This document shows, in pieces, positions 48,453-60,130 of a stretch of 64,000 nt of DNA. Numbering within the stretch: position 1 is the stretch's first letter; every line of letters begins with the position of its first letter. Position numbers and translations under genes: made by a program. Where the stretch lies: assembly GCA_036785375.1 (NCBI GenBank), contig JAWMAR010000256.1, forward strand, positions 434,001 through 498,000, read 5' to 3'. Under the pieces are notes generated by a model. It saw only the letters and a program-made list of their open reading frames with translations. It was not told where the DNA came from and made no database searches. This stretch comes from Leucoraja ocellata. Its lineage: Eukaryota.

Positions 48453-48619
48453 ATCCGATTCAGAAACTTCCCCAATGCAAAATGAATGTAGATAATCTTT
48501 AACATAATAAGAACTAATAAAAATTATGTCACTGAATAAGATAAAACCACTAGTTTTCAACTTACACCACATATGCAACGTATCTTGTAATCCATATCTT
48601 TACTTTACTTATTACAATA

Positions 48620-48915
48620 CAGAATAGAAACAGGTCCTATGGCCCACCAAGACCACATGGACAATTGGTCACCTGTTCACACTAATTCTATGTCATCTCA
48701 CTTTCTCATCCTCTTCCTACACATCTGGGGCAATTTTACGGAGGCCAATTAACCTAAAAACCCACACTTTTTTGGAATGTTGGATGAAAATCGGAGCACC
48801 TGGAGGAAAGCCACAAGATCGCAAGGAGAACATGCAACCTCCACACAGACAGCACCAGGATTGAACCCAGGTCGCTGGTTCGGTTAGGCAGTAGCGCTGT
48901 CACTGTGTCACCATG
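48620..48915 (-). mobile_element. HE1/V-SINE
   Basis: ggagcacctggaggaaagccac..ggagaacatgcaacctccacacagacagcacc. Confidence 0.78.
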
Positions 48916-51900
48916 TCACTTTCCATGGACTGTCACTGTGGGGGTCAATGGAATTCATTCCTTAAAAATTGTGCTTTTATAAACTCCAAGCATGTGAGAA
49001 AAGTTGCATTTTGTTAAAAAGAAAAGTACTGGTGACATTAGTAGGGCTAACTTAGTGGACATGAATCTCCCCAAAGTATTTAACATTCTCCTTTGTCATC
49101 CTCAATATTTTACACAACTGCAACACCACAAATGGAAGTACAGTGCTGCATTATTGAAGAGCAACCAAACATAAATGAAGTGTTAATAAAATCAAAGATT
49201 CGCGTTAACTCTTTCCTCCTCCAGCATTACTGACATCCAGCAATGAAAAGTGCAATAGGTCCCTGCATTTATTTTCACAACACCATGTCCCACAAGCAGA
49301 ACAGCCCAATTACACTTCAGTCAAAAATAGCAAATCACAAGGTCTACTCTGTAGGAAAGGTTTATGTGACTTGAAAAAGAGACAAAATGGTACATTCAAC
49401 CGGCTTTCTTTCAATGAGCCTGACCATTCAATTCTATAAGCAGAAAACCCATATACTGAAAGTTAATCTTAATTAGTAACACTCGGCTTGCTCAATGTTG
49501 TCACTGAATGGCAATAAAGTGCTTAGCGTTTAGGCAGCATGTTTAGAAGCTCAACTCTCATTCTCCATTTCTGCCATCGAAGCACCTTCTAAACTGATGC
49601 TGAAGGTTATTTTATCCATTGTATTTGATTCAAGTTTTGTTTTATTGTTCTCAGAGTTCTGAAGTCTTGTTTTCATTATCACTTGCCAATAAATGCCACA
49701 TGGAACATTTTGTGCAGCTAACAACAGCTTGTTATTCTATTCTTTAAAAAGCACATCTGGTCCACTTCAGTCTTGTTTATAAGTCAAATAGCAAACGTGT
49801 TTTCTTTATTAATGTTTTGTTTTCTTATCATAAATGTTTGTTACAGTGTCCTCAACTAATGCATAACCTTATGGATTCCTTTTGAGAAAGGATATGCCTT
49901 TTCCGATGCTTTATTTAATCCTCCCATTTAAGTAGATTTGCCTTCAATTGAGAAGGTGAGAGTGGTCCTGGAAGAAAATGAACCAATAATGTTTGCCAGA
50001 ACACCATCATGAAAGTGACCTACAATTCAAGCAGGACATTAAAAAAAAATCTGACAATGTCTATATTTGCCAAGTAGCTCTGATCACTCAAGTAGATTGT
50101 CCAGCTAATTTGACCCACTTAAATACTTGATATTATACTTGAAACTCTTACGGTATCAAATCATAAATAATTAAAAATATATGTTCTCAGTGTACCAATA
50201 TAAGAAATCCTATATCGGTGTATTCTAGACTATTGTAATAGTTACGCACTTTGAAAATGATCATTAGTGCTAAATGTGCTATTTAGATGCAACTGAATTC
50301 AATATTCAGTTCCCCCAGATGCAGAGTATAAATGCAGTCTATTGTATCGGGAGTTTAGCATTACTGATCAGGAAATAATTTTTATTCATACTGTTGAGGT
50401 CAAAAAGCAGTTAAGCACAAAAAATGTTTTTCTGTTCATTAAAATGCAAGAGAAATGAAAAAATAAGTTTATTTTTTGCATTTTGCATCCACATTTATCA
50501 TTAGCTTCAATTCATAGATTAAAAGTATTGCTCAGCAACACATGTAATTAATTATGAAAGAGCACTTGTGGTGAGAAACTTGGGTTTGTTTAGACATTGG
50601 ACTACCTTAGAGTTGCAGAGTGATACCTACAATATAAGTGTGCACCTGAGGTGTGTTTACATTGGTCCAATCTTACTGAAAGGTGTGAGCACATAACAGT
50701 AAATGATGATTAGAAACAGGCTGATCAGTGTCCAATAATAATCTGAAGTGTCATCTATTCTTTTGAAGCTCATATGTCTTCCATCAGGCTTATATGACCA
50801 AGCTCACATTCATTAAGAGAAAAGAATCACCGTCTGAATAAATAGTGAACTGCATCAATGTAGAATGTATGCAAAGGAGCAGGCAGCATGTGTTTGGTGT
50901 ACTTTGACCATTTTCCGTGGCTTTCCAACTTAGCCTCCATGTGTTTTAATGTGGTATTTGTACTAATCATCCTTGAGGCCTCATTCAGTGAGGCTGCCAA
51001 TTTAGTGCCAATTAGTACTGAAATATAGGCAGCTTTGTGCCATGGACTGAAACCCACCAGGAACTAACCTGAGATTGCTCACTCATTAATTAACATTACT
51101 TTGACTGTCTTTGGTGCCCAAGAGCAATTTTACGCGTAAAAATCCAGTCAGGTACAAGGATATCTAACTTTACAAACAAAATTTTTTGTCTTACATTACA
51201 ACCACATCTTTGTAATAAAGGCAATAATTTAAATAAAGGAGTATCTCGCCAGTTTTTGTGATCTTTCATATGCCCGGGCTGGTTCATACAAAGCCAGATG
51301 GGGCCACATCTGAAAGTTCCAAGTATCAGTACCCATCAGGAGGCATTCACTTAGCAATGAACATTTCCCTGGTGTTGTAATTAATGGGCTTACTTAATAT
51401 GCATAATAAGGACTAATAACCTCAGCCTGTTTGATGTGCAGAAATGCAGACAATCTTAAAAAAGCTGTTTTCTTTTATTTTCCCGTCTGTCCCATAGTTC
51501 CTACCTAACGTGGAGATGTTTCTGGCACATTCTCAAAAAGCCTTAGTTTGCCATCCTCTGAAAAAATTGATTAAGAGCCTCAACCTCAGGAGGTGACCTG
51601 CAGTCAATAAATGCAAGAATGCCACTGTCTGTTCTTTGAGTAAAATTAACTTAAGATAAAGGTGTTCAGATCAGAACAACTTATTGACACAATGAACAGA
51701 GCACCAGTTTTGTACAGTCTGTAGCGTGGTGCAACAAGAAAAACTTGCATTAAAAAAAAACAACAATATAATAAAACATACAGTGGTGAATAATGGCAGC
51801 ATTATCAAAAGAATGGATCATATATAATATGATTATTGAGAGACTCATCAGTTAAATTGTTTTTGACAATCTTTTAATTTTTAACATTGCCTGGAAATCT

Positions 51901-52242
51901 TCCTTGGTACAAATTGGTTGTATTATTTCAGTTTTAAGGAAAGACATAAAAAATATGCAACCCAGCAAAAATACTGTCAGCTAAAGCACGAATCACCAAT
52001 ATAATAGTTACTATTTCATAGCAGCACCTTGCAGGATGAAAACCTGCAAAGCACTCATGAGTGAGGTGTTAAGTCTCCTTTAACATTGCTTCATGTCGCT
52101 GCAGGAAGAAAACCATTTTCTGCAGCAGAATTTTATTTGAAGAGAGCTTGAACCATTAATGGTAGTTGCCACCAGATGTGCATTTATAAATCGAGTTATT
52201 GTAATGATTGCTCGAGACATGCAGTACTTTATGGCACTAAAA

Positions 52243-52630
52243 AGTGGCAACTTGGCTCAGTTGATAACACTGTCGCCTCAGGATCAAAAACTTGTGGGTT
52301 CAAATCCAACCATTTTGTTCAATATATAATGCAACCTGCTATTTCAATGCAGCACTGAGCGACATGGTATTGTCCTTTAATCATTAGATTCCATCTGCCA
52401 ATTAAAATCCTAATGTTACCCTGCCAATACTTGAAAATAATGGTGCTCCCTTTGTCTTCTGGTCAATAATTGTTCCTAGTCATCCAAATTGATACCCATG
52501 ATCTCAATGGTATTATTCAGTTGGACATGGACAGTATGTGAAGTATTTACTCACTTGCACTTAATTTTATGTGACTTCACTCAAGGTACTTCATTAGATG
52601 TGAACACTCCAAGAAATTTTCCTTGAACAC
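52243..52630 (+). mobile_element. Degenerate SacSINE1/Deu-domain SINE
   Basis: ttggctcagttgataacactgtcgcctcaggatcaaaaacttgtgggttcaaatcc head. Confidence 0.6.
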
Positions 52631-53029
52631 CTTGATTACAGTTGCGGATTGATGTAAACAAATGTATAGAATCTAAGTAAGATCAGACAATCCACAACTG
52701 AAACTAAAAACTACCAATTTTCCACATGTTAAAATGTTGTATTTTTAATATAGACATTCTTTTAAGTTTATGACTAAAATATATCTTGTGTTTAAAAAGA
52801 ACTGAGCTAATCTATGTTATATACAATAAACAGTCTAAAATCTATTGAGATGCCAAATCTATTCTCTTCTTTAGGGTTATTTAAACATACAAGATAGGTT
52901 ATCATAGGTTGGGACATCATTAAGAGCATGCTACCTTAGTGATAATGTGGACTGATATCTGGAAACATGTACTATTGGTTTACAAACATTCTTGAATGAA
53001 CAAATTCTGCTCCCCTTATTTGATCTGTT

Positions 53030-53595
53030 TGTCTGGTATTGGTGTATTAGTGTCCCACACACCAAGAAACAGTGAAAAACTTGTTTTGTATATTATCCAG
53101 GCAAGCCATGCCATATGCAAATACATTAAGCAGCACAAAAAAATAAATAAACTATGTGCAGAATATAGTGTTGCCAGTACAGAGGAAGGGAAAATATTTA
53201 TTTTAAAGTGCAAGAACAGTGAGGAAGATTGGAAGGTCAGGAATTCATCCCTGGCATATGAGAGATTTGTTCAAGAGTTTGGGGACAGTAGGGAAGAAAC
53301 TGTTCTTTAATCTGGAGGAATCATCTTTCAAGCTTTTTCATATTCTGCCTGATGGAACAGAGGAGGTGTGTGAGTAGTCCTTGATTATGTTGGCTGCTTT
53401 CCTGAGGCAGCGTGGAGTTGGACGGAGGCTAGTTTGTGTGATAGACTGGGCTGTGCTCACAACTCTCTGCGATTCCTTACAGTATTTGGCAGGGCAGTTC
53501 TGGAGCCATTGTAATGCATCCAGATAGGACACTTTCTCTGGATTAAGTGAAGAGATTGATTAGAGTAATTGAACACATGCTGAATTTCCTTGGTG
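53030..53595 (-). mobile_element. Degenerate Rex1/Babar 3' end
   Basis: ORF 53338-53532 QRVVSTAQSITQT..RCLRKAANIIKD.SH..PSGR. Confidence 0.75.
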
Positions 53596-54132
53596 TATGT
53601 AACTCCTGACTCACTGATGTTGTGCCCTTTGAAATGACGTGGTAAACCAGGTCAGGGGACAGTTAGAGATGGACAATAAACGCTGATATATTTGCATCAT
53701 GTGAATTAATACATTTAAAAAATACATTGAATTGTCAATAGATGGAAAAGATTATATTGTTCACCAGGTCCATAAGCATTCAAATCAGTTCCATACCGTG
53801 CTCTTTCCTCAATGCCAGAAAATTATTTACCGTCAAAGATTGGTGGCCACCAATTGGCACACAGAGGGATAGCGTGGGCTCCAAAAATTAATTAGCTTCC
53901 AGAATTGTTCAGGAATTGCTGTTGATATTTCAGAACATTATTGGACCTTCCTATTTAGGATTATCGTTGATGTCTTTACATCTTACAACAGTTTCCAGGC
54001 GTACACTGTTGCTCAAAACAGGACAATAAAATTTAAGATGGGATTGCGGGGCATCAGCTGATCTCCAAAAGTAATTTCACAACTGGTTCCACAGCTTTAC
54101 TTTCAGACTTGTCGTAGTGTCCTATAGCAGAG

Positions 54133-54425
54133 GGGTGACATGGTGGCGCAGCGTAGAGCTACTGCCTTACAGCGCCAGAGACCTGGGTTCGATCCTGATT
54201 ATGGATGCTTGCCTGTACGGAGTTTGTACATTCTCCTCAAGACCTGCGTGGGGTTTATCCGAGATCTTTGGTTTTCTCCCACACTCTAAAGATGTACAGA
54301 CTTGTCAGTTAATTGGCTTGGTATAAATGTAAAATGTCCCTTGTGTGTGTAGGATAGTGTTAATGTGCGGGGATTGCTGGCCGCTGCGGACTTGTTTCCG
54401 TGCTGTATCTCGAAACTAAACTGAG
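54133..54425 (+). mobile_element. HE1/V-SINE
   Basis: ggtggcgcagcgtagagctactgccttacagcgccagagacctgggttcgatcc; aaactaaactg tail. Confidence 0.87.
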
Positions 54426-54754
54426 TAAAATGCAATGTGCTCTCCCATCTGTAAATAATTTGTGTTAGTTTTTTATCTTGAAAATATCACAAAAAAATTA
54501 ACAATTTATAGTGAAGTTGGTTCATTTTCTTCTCACTATGGGATTTGGATGTAACTTTCTGACAAAAATCTTTTTTTATAAAGTCATAGATTTTCATTGC
54601 ATCGGGACTTTGCAAAGCATGTTTGAAATGTCTCAACTAAGTTCCTGAAAGTCAACAAATTACTGTTTGTAATTTGTCATTGATTGCCAATAATTCTACC
54701 TCAATAAATTAGGATGGCTATTGATGCAGCAAATTGCATCATCTGACCTATAAT

Positions 54755-56065
54755 TATTTTTTTTAATAATTATTTTTATTAGAAGCATATGTACAAATAA
54801 TAATAAGCGACAATTTAATTACAGATTTCTTACATAGCTTCAGTTTTTTTTTTTTAAGAGTAAAGATAAAGGGAGAAAGAGATGAGAGAAAGTAATGGAG
54901 AGAGAAGAAGAAGAAGATATTTTTAAAAAAGGAGACGCAGAGAGAAACAACCAATGACAAGATTATGGGGACAGATCCGGGAAATGTTGAATGTAACTAT
55001 TCATCCAGTCCAAAACTCAGGTTTCAACCCTGATTATGTGTTAAACCAGTTTACCTTTTCAAATATTCAATAAATGGAGACAAAAAGTTCTGGTTTATCA
55101 ATTAAGACAAGTCTTATTTTTTCCAAATGCAAGGTCTCAGTCATTTCCGTAACCCACATTTTAATTGTGGGGGCTGCTGGTTTTTACCAAAATTTTAGTA
55201 TTAACTTTTTTGCAGTTATCAGGCTGTAGTCAAGAAATTGACTCTGACTTGTCGTAAAGTTTGTAGTATGTTCTGATAATCCTAATATTATTAATTTTGG
55301 CTCTGGGTCCAATTGGATATTGATAACTTCAGAAATAATTTTTAAAATGTCCACCCAGCCATTTTGAATTTTTATACAAGTTACAAAGGTATGCATTGTT
55401 GGCTTCTTGAAATTGACATCTATCACAAAGCGGGGGAAAATATTTGGAAAAATCATATTTAATTTTACCTTCAAATGATGTAGTCTGTATAATATTTGAA
55501 TTGAATCAAGGAGTGTCTAGCATTTAGCGAACAGTGATTTATATATTGTAAACTTTCATCCCATGTGTCTTTTATTATGGGTTGAGCCAACTCGTCTTCC
55601 CATGCTCGTCTACATGATTCTGAAAACGGGACCTCAGTATCTAAGAGGATATTATAAATATAAGATATTAATTTATTTGTGTTAGGATGTCTATTCAAAC
55701 ATTTATCAAGGGTTTCTGGTACAAGTCTGTAATCTTGCATTTGTAGTTTTACATAGTCTCTAAGTTGCAGATATCTAAAAAAATGATTAGTGTGTAACTC
55801 GTATATCTGTTGTAGTTCCTGAAATGAGAGAAAAATACCATTTTGGTAAAGGTCTCCCACTGTTTTAATTCCATGGGTTTTCCATTGAACAAATCCTCTA
55901 TCTAGAACAGACGGTTTAAAAGAAGGGTTATTTGTAATCGGGGAAAAAAGGGATGTATTACCCAATTTTAGAGTGGGTTTTAGTTGTTTCCACATACGTA
56001 TAGCACTATGAATAATCGGATTTCCTCCGTATGTTTTTTTATTCAAATTAATCGGAGCTAAAAAA
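54755..56065 (-). mobile_element. 5'-truncated L1-clade LINE with 12-bp TSD
   Basis: ORF 55471-56046 is fish-type L1 ORF2 C-terminus (FFRYLQLR..AWE.EL..LIQFK); A-rich tail; TSD ctgacctataat at 54743-54754 and 56066-56077. Confidence 0.9.
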
Positions 56066-56967
56066 CTGACCTATAATATTTATTTGCAATGGAATATCAC
56101 TCAAATATGGATTACATTAGTCCATACGATACAATACGATAGAACTTTATTGTTTCCAGGAGGAAAATTTGTCTGCCAACAGTCATGAAACACAACAAGA
56201 TACATGGAACATGAAATTAAAGTGACGAGTGGAAAGACCAGGATTGAGGATGTTCAAAGATTGTGGACGGGGAAGGAGAATCAGTCTACCCTATGACAGA
56301 AGGGGGGAGGATACAGCTTGATAGCCACAGGGAAAAATGATCTTTTGTGGCATACACTGTAGAAGCAACTAAGCAAGTTAGGAAGTAACATTTTATATTC
56401 TATTCTGTGCACTAAATGTGCCAAACTAACATCTTAAATGGGATTTCTTTGATCACTATTTGTCTTTATTGGTTTACTGAATACAGAATAGGCAAATAGC
56501 AACTCCTAAATGCAGCCTTTTTTTAAACTAAACTGAGGACAGATGGTGTTTGGCCCAGATTGAAAAACATTGTTGAGATGGCCTATTGACGGATTAGTGA
56601 AGTCTATAGAGGGATCTATTCAGGTTTTAATCATTTTGTTTTTGACCAAATTCATATCAGTAAGTCAGAAATCAGTCCATCTTCAGGATTGTATTAGTTC
56701 ACCTGTATTTGTCCATGTTCAACCAATTAAGATACGATAGTGGCGGTTAAGAAGCTCTTAAGAAGACACATGGTTCTGGACATGTATGGATCATGTTCAG
56801 GCAAATAAGATTAGTATATCTTGGCACCATTTTCGGCCCAGAAGTTGTGGGCCAAAGGGCCTGATCCTGTGCAGTACTTTTCTATGTTCAATGTTTCATG
56901 TTCTAATTAGTGGAATGAAACTGACTGACTGGTTCTCTTTTCTCTTTTCTCTTTTTTTAAATTCCAG

Positions 56968-57151
56968 GATAATAGCAAAGGCAATGGTGAACCTGATGTT
57001 GTCGCAAAGTGTAGGCATCGTATTTGGACCAACTCTTATGTGGCCTGAAATGGAAAATTCAAATATGGCAGTGAACATGATGTACCAAAACCAGATAATC
57101 GATCTGATACTTACCGAGCATGCTGAAATCTTCAACCCCGAGGGGTTGTGA
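56968..57151 (+). CDS. ARHGAP15: ARHGAP15 final coding exon (RhoGAP C-terminus to TGA, 184 bp)
   Basis: Long polypyrimidine tract then ttccAG. AA|G completes a Lys codon in frame with the upstream exon. IIAKAMVNLMLSQSVGIVFGPTLMWPEMENSNMAVNMMYQNQIIDLILTEHAEIFNPEGL* carries the NLM..GIVFGPTL RhoGAP motif and the ARHGAP15/12/9-type 'NMA..M.YQNQI' tail. Confidence 0.93.
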
Positions 57152-57560
57152 GCGTGCCGTACTCTTGTTCTCAGATATGATGTTTGTGAAAACATTGTTA
57201 ATTTGTGGTCCTGCTGCATGCACAAGGTTGCGAGCACATTAGCATGCTCATTTTTTTTGTTTTTTCCCTCAGTTTCATTTATATTAATCTGTACAGATTA
57301 ATTTTACCTGGAATTGTGTTTTTATTATTTTGTTTTGTTTCTAATCACCGATTGATGGTTGCTTATTTTTATATGATTCAGTACAAACTATTTGGACAAA
57401 AGTGCCTTTACTTTTCTAATCTAAAATATTCTGCTAATATTGGCCAGATTGCAGTCAAACTCAAAGCTGCATGATTATTTGAACAGTCAGTGATTGAAGA
57501 CAACAAAATGTAATTTTAATTATTAAAATAGAGTAAATAAAAGGCATATTTTTAACGTTA
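57152..57560 (+). promoter_or_regulatory. ARHGAP15: Proximal 3' UTR with candidate poly(A) signals (ATTAAA 57522-57527, AATAAA 57536-57541)
   Basis: U-rich sequence after the stop codon, hexamers followed by T-rich downstream sequence. Confidence 0.55.
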
Positions 57561-57679
57561 TTTTTTTTAAAGGAATAGTCTGGAGAATATCGCTTATCCC
57601 TTTGGAACATTTCAGAAAAGATAAAGGACATCTCTTTATAGCAAGGCATAAAGAACTATCTCGTAAATAATTTAAGGTA

Positions 57680-57767
57680 ATCAAAAATGCTGGGGAAACT
57701 CAGCGGGTGAGGCAGCATCTATGGAATGAAGGGATAAGTGACGTTTCAGATCGAGACCCTTCTTCAA
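57680..57767 (-). mobile_element. Penelope-derived short insert
   Basis: caaaaatgctggggaaactcagcggg...gacgtttcagatcgagacccttcttca. Confidence 0.78.
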
Positions 57768-58331
57768 TTTACTCAGTTAATTGAGCTTGCTTTATTTTAA
57801 CATGAGGAATATAATAGTTCAAGGTCTTCATAGACTTGGATACGGATCATCGATGATTGATTGGTGGAACATACATAGGGATCAATAGGCCCACCTCTGC
57901 TCTTATATTTTCCTCCACCCTTGTCCACCAAATCTGAGCCTCTGCTTTAGATTTCTCACTGCACTCATCTATTCAAAGCCCCACCCCTGCTTCCTGGGTA
58001 TTTTAATCTGATATTTGATTTATCCCAATTCCTCATCCATCTGAATATCACACCAAGCAACGAACTAATCATCACATACTCTTCATCACATAAACTATTC
58101 CATTAAAAAAATCAAGGCTTGTGACCAAATACTAAGTGTCTTTTGCTCTTTCGATAGATGTGGGTGTAGATAGTCAAATCAGCATTCACTGACAAACTTA
58201 ATTTTCCTTGAAATGTGTAGCATTCTGGATCACTCCCAGGCTAGAAGAAGGATCAGATTACAACAGATTAATAAACTTTGTGTCAATTGAGGATTTTGTC
58301 TGATCTGTTCCATGAGATTGAATAATTTGAT

Positions 58332-58460
58332 TGAAGAAGGGTTTTGACGCAAAACGCCAACTATCCATGTTCTCCGGAGATGCTGCCTCACCTGCTGAGT
58401 TACTTCAGCACTTTGTGCCCTTTTGTGTATTAAACAGCATCTGCAGTTCTTGTTTCTACA
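58332..58460 (+). mobile_element. Penelope-derived short insert
   Basis: tgaagaagggttttgacgcaaaacg...gagatgctgcc...catctgcagttcttgtttctaca. Confidence 0.75.
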
Positions 58461-59412
58461 GATTATCAAAACTTATTGCCAAGTATGAACAATTAGCACT
58501 CATGAAGTAGTAGAGGGTTGCTGGCAATGATGACAAAGTTGCCAAGTGTTAATATTGCAATAACTTTCTAATTAACCAATTATAGCTACTTGTACATCAA
58601 TCAACTTTTTTTTATACCCACTCATAGATACAACTTCGGGTTTGATCAATGGTTAATTCAATAATTCACTGGAAGATTGCTTTTCTCTTTGAGCAGTGAA
58701 GCTATCCTAACAAACAGAAAAGCTATTTCATGTTATCTTTAAGACTGGGTTTCTCCTACTGATATTTTGCTTTTCGTGTTTGCTAGGTTCCTTTTTCACT
58801 TCCGCTGACTTTCGCACTCAGAGGTTTACCTCATGCCAAACAGTTTATTTTCTGAAAGACAAAATGTTGGCTTTTTTTCTCCCTCACTGAGGTGAGAAAG
58901 TTCTACCCACCTCCAAAAATTTGGCTTTGAACTGGTAACACTGATCACGCATGTTTGCTGGACTCAAAGGTGCGAGCCAGGCAGATCTGAAGCACAGCCC
59001 ATGCTAATTTTCTCATCAAAAACCACTTCCAGTAGGGTGTGAACTAAACGTTGTCTTAACATCTAGTCCTCATGCATGAATCACTTTCAACTGATTATTG
59101 ATTGAGTTAACAAAAAGCTCAATGAGTTTTGCACAACCGTTGAAGGGGCATTGCTGGCAGGAATTTACAGCTCGCAAGGCCAGATTTCTCCAGAGACAAC
59201 ACGGAATACAACTCCTTGTATTTGATCTGCAAGGTTTGGATACAGAGACTTGCTGAATTTGGAAAAAGGTGCCTTCCGCACAAAAGACTGAAAATTAAAG
59301 TCCAACATTTGCTATTGACTTTGAGTCTCTAAATTGTCAACACACAGTGGCAGCTGAAAAAATAACTTCAATATACAATCTCCAAATGTCTTCTCTCTTA
59401 CTTAATAAGAGA

Positions 59413-60130
59413 ATATAACCATATAACCATATAACAATTACAGCACGGAAACAGGCCATCTCGGCCCTACAAGTCCGTGCTGAACAATTATTTTCCTTTA
59501 GTCCCACCTGCCTGCACTCATATCATAACCCTCCATTCCCTTCTCATCCATATGCCTATCCAATTTATTTTTAAATGATACCAATGAACCTGCCTCCACC
59601 ACTTCCACTGGAAGCTCATTCCACACCTCTACCACTCTCTGAGTAAAGATGTTCCCCCTTATGTTACCCCTAAACTTCTGTCCCTTAATTCTGAAGTCAT
59701 GTCCTCTTGTTTGAATCTTCCCTATTCTCAAAGGGAAAAGCTTGTCCACATCAACTCTGTCTATCCCTCTCATCATTTTAAAGACCTCTATCGTCCCCCC
59801 TTAACCTTCTGCGCTCCAGAGAATAAAGACCTAACTTATTCAACCTTTCTCTGTAACTTAGTTGTTGAAACCCAGGCAACATTCTAGTAAATCTCCTCTG
59901 TACTCTCTCTATTTTGTTGACATTCTTCCTATAATTGGGCGACCAAAATTGTACACAATACTCCAGACTTGGTCTCACCAATGCCTAGTGCAATTTTAAC
60001 ATTACATCCCAGCTTCTATACTCAATGCTCTGATTTATAAAGGCTAGCATACCAAAAGCTTTCTTTACCGCCATGTCTATATGAGATTCTACCTTCAAGG
60101 AAATATGCACGGTTATTCCCAGGTCCCTCT
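59413..60130 (-). mobile_element. Young 5'-truncated CR1 LINE
   Basis: ORFs 59778-59981 (VRP.LEYCVQFWSP.YRK...ERVQRRFTRM) and 59498-59776; (ATATAACC)n tail. Confidence 0.93.

Larger units (their letters stand above)
13125..56967 (+). other. ARHGAP15: Last intron of ARHGAP15 (43,843 bp, GT-AG)
   Basis: Splice phases are compatible and the protein is continuous across the junction, so no exon is needed in between. Confidence 0.85.

Noticed and set aside
56786-56967. N-terminal part of the 121-aa ORF 56786-57151
   Set aside because: Intronic read-through (CR1 3' remnant plus polypyrimidine tract); real coding starts at the acceptor at 56968.
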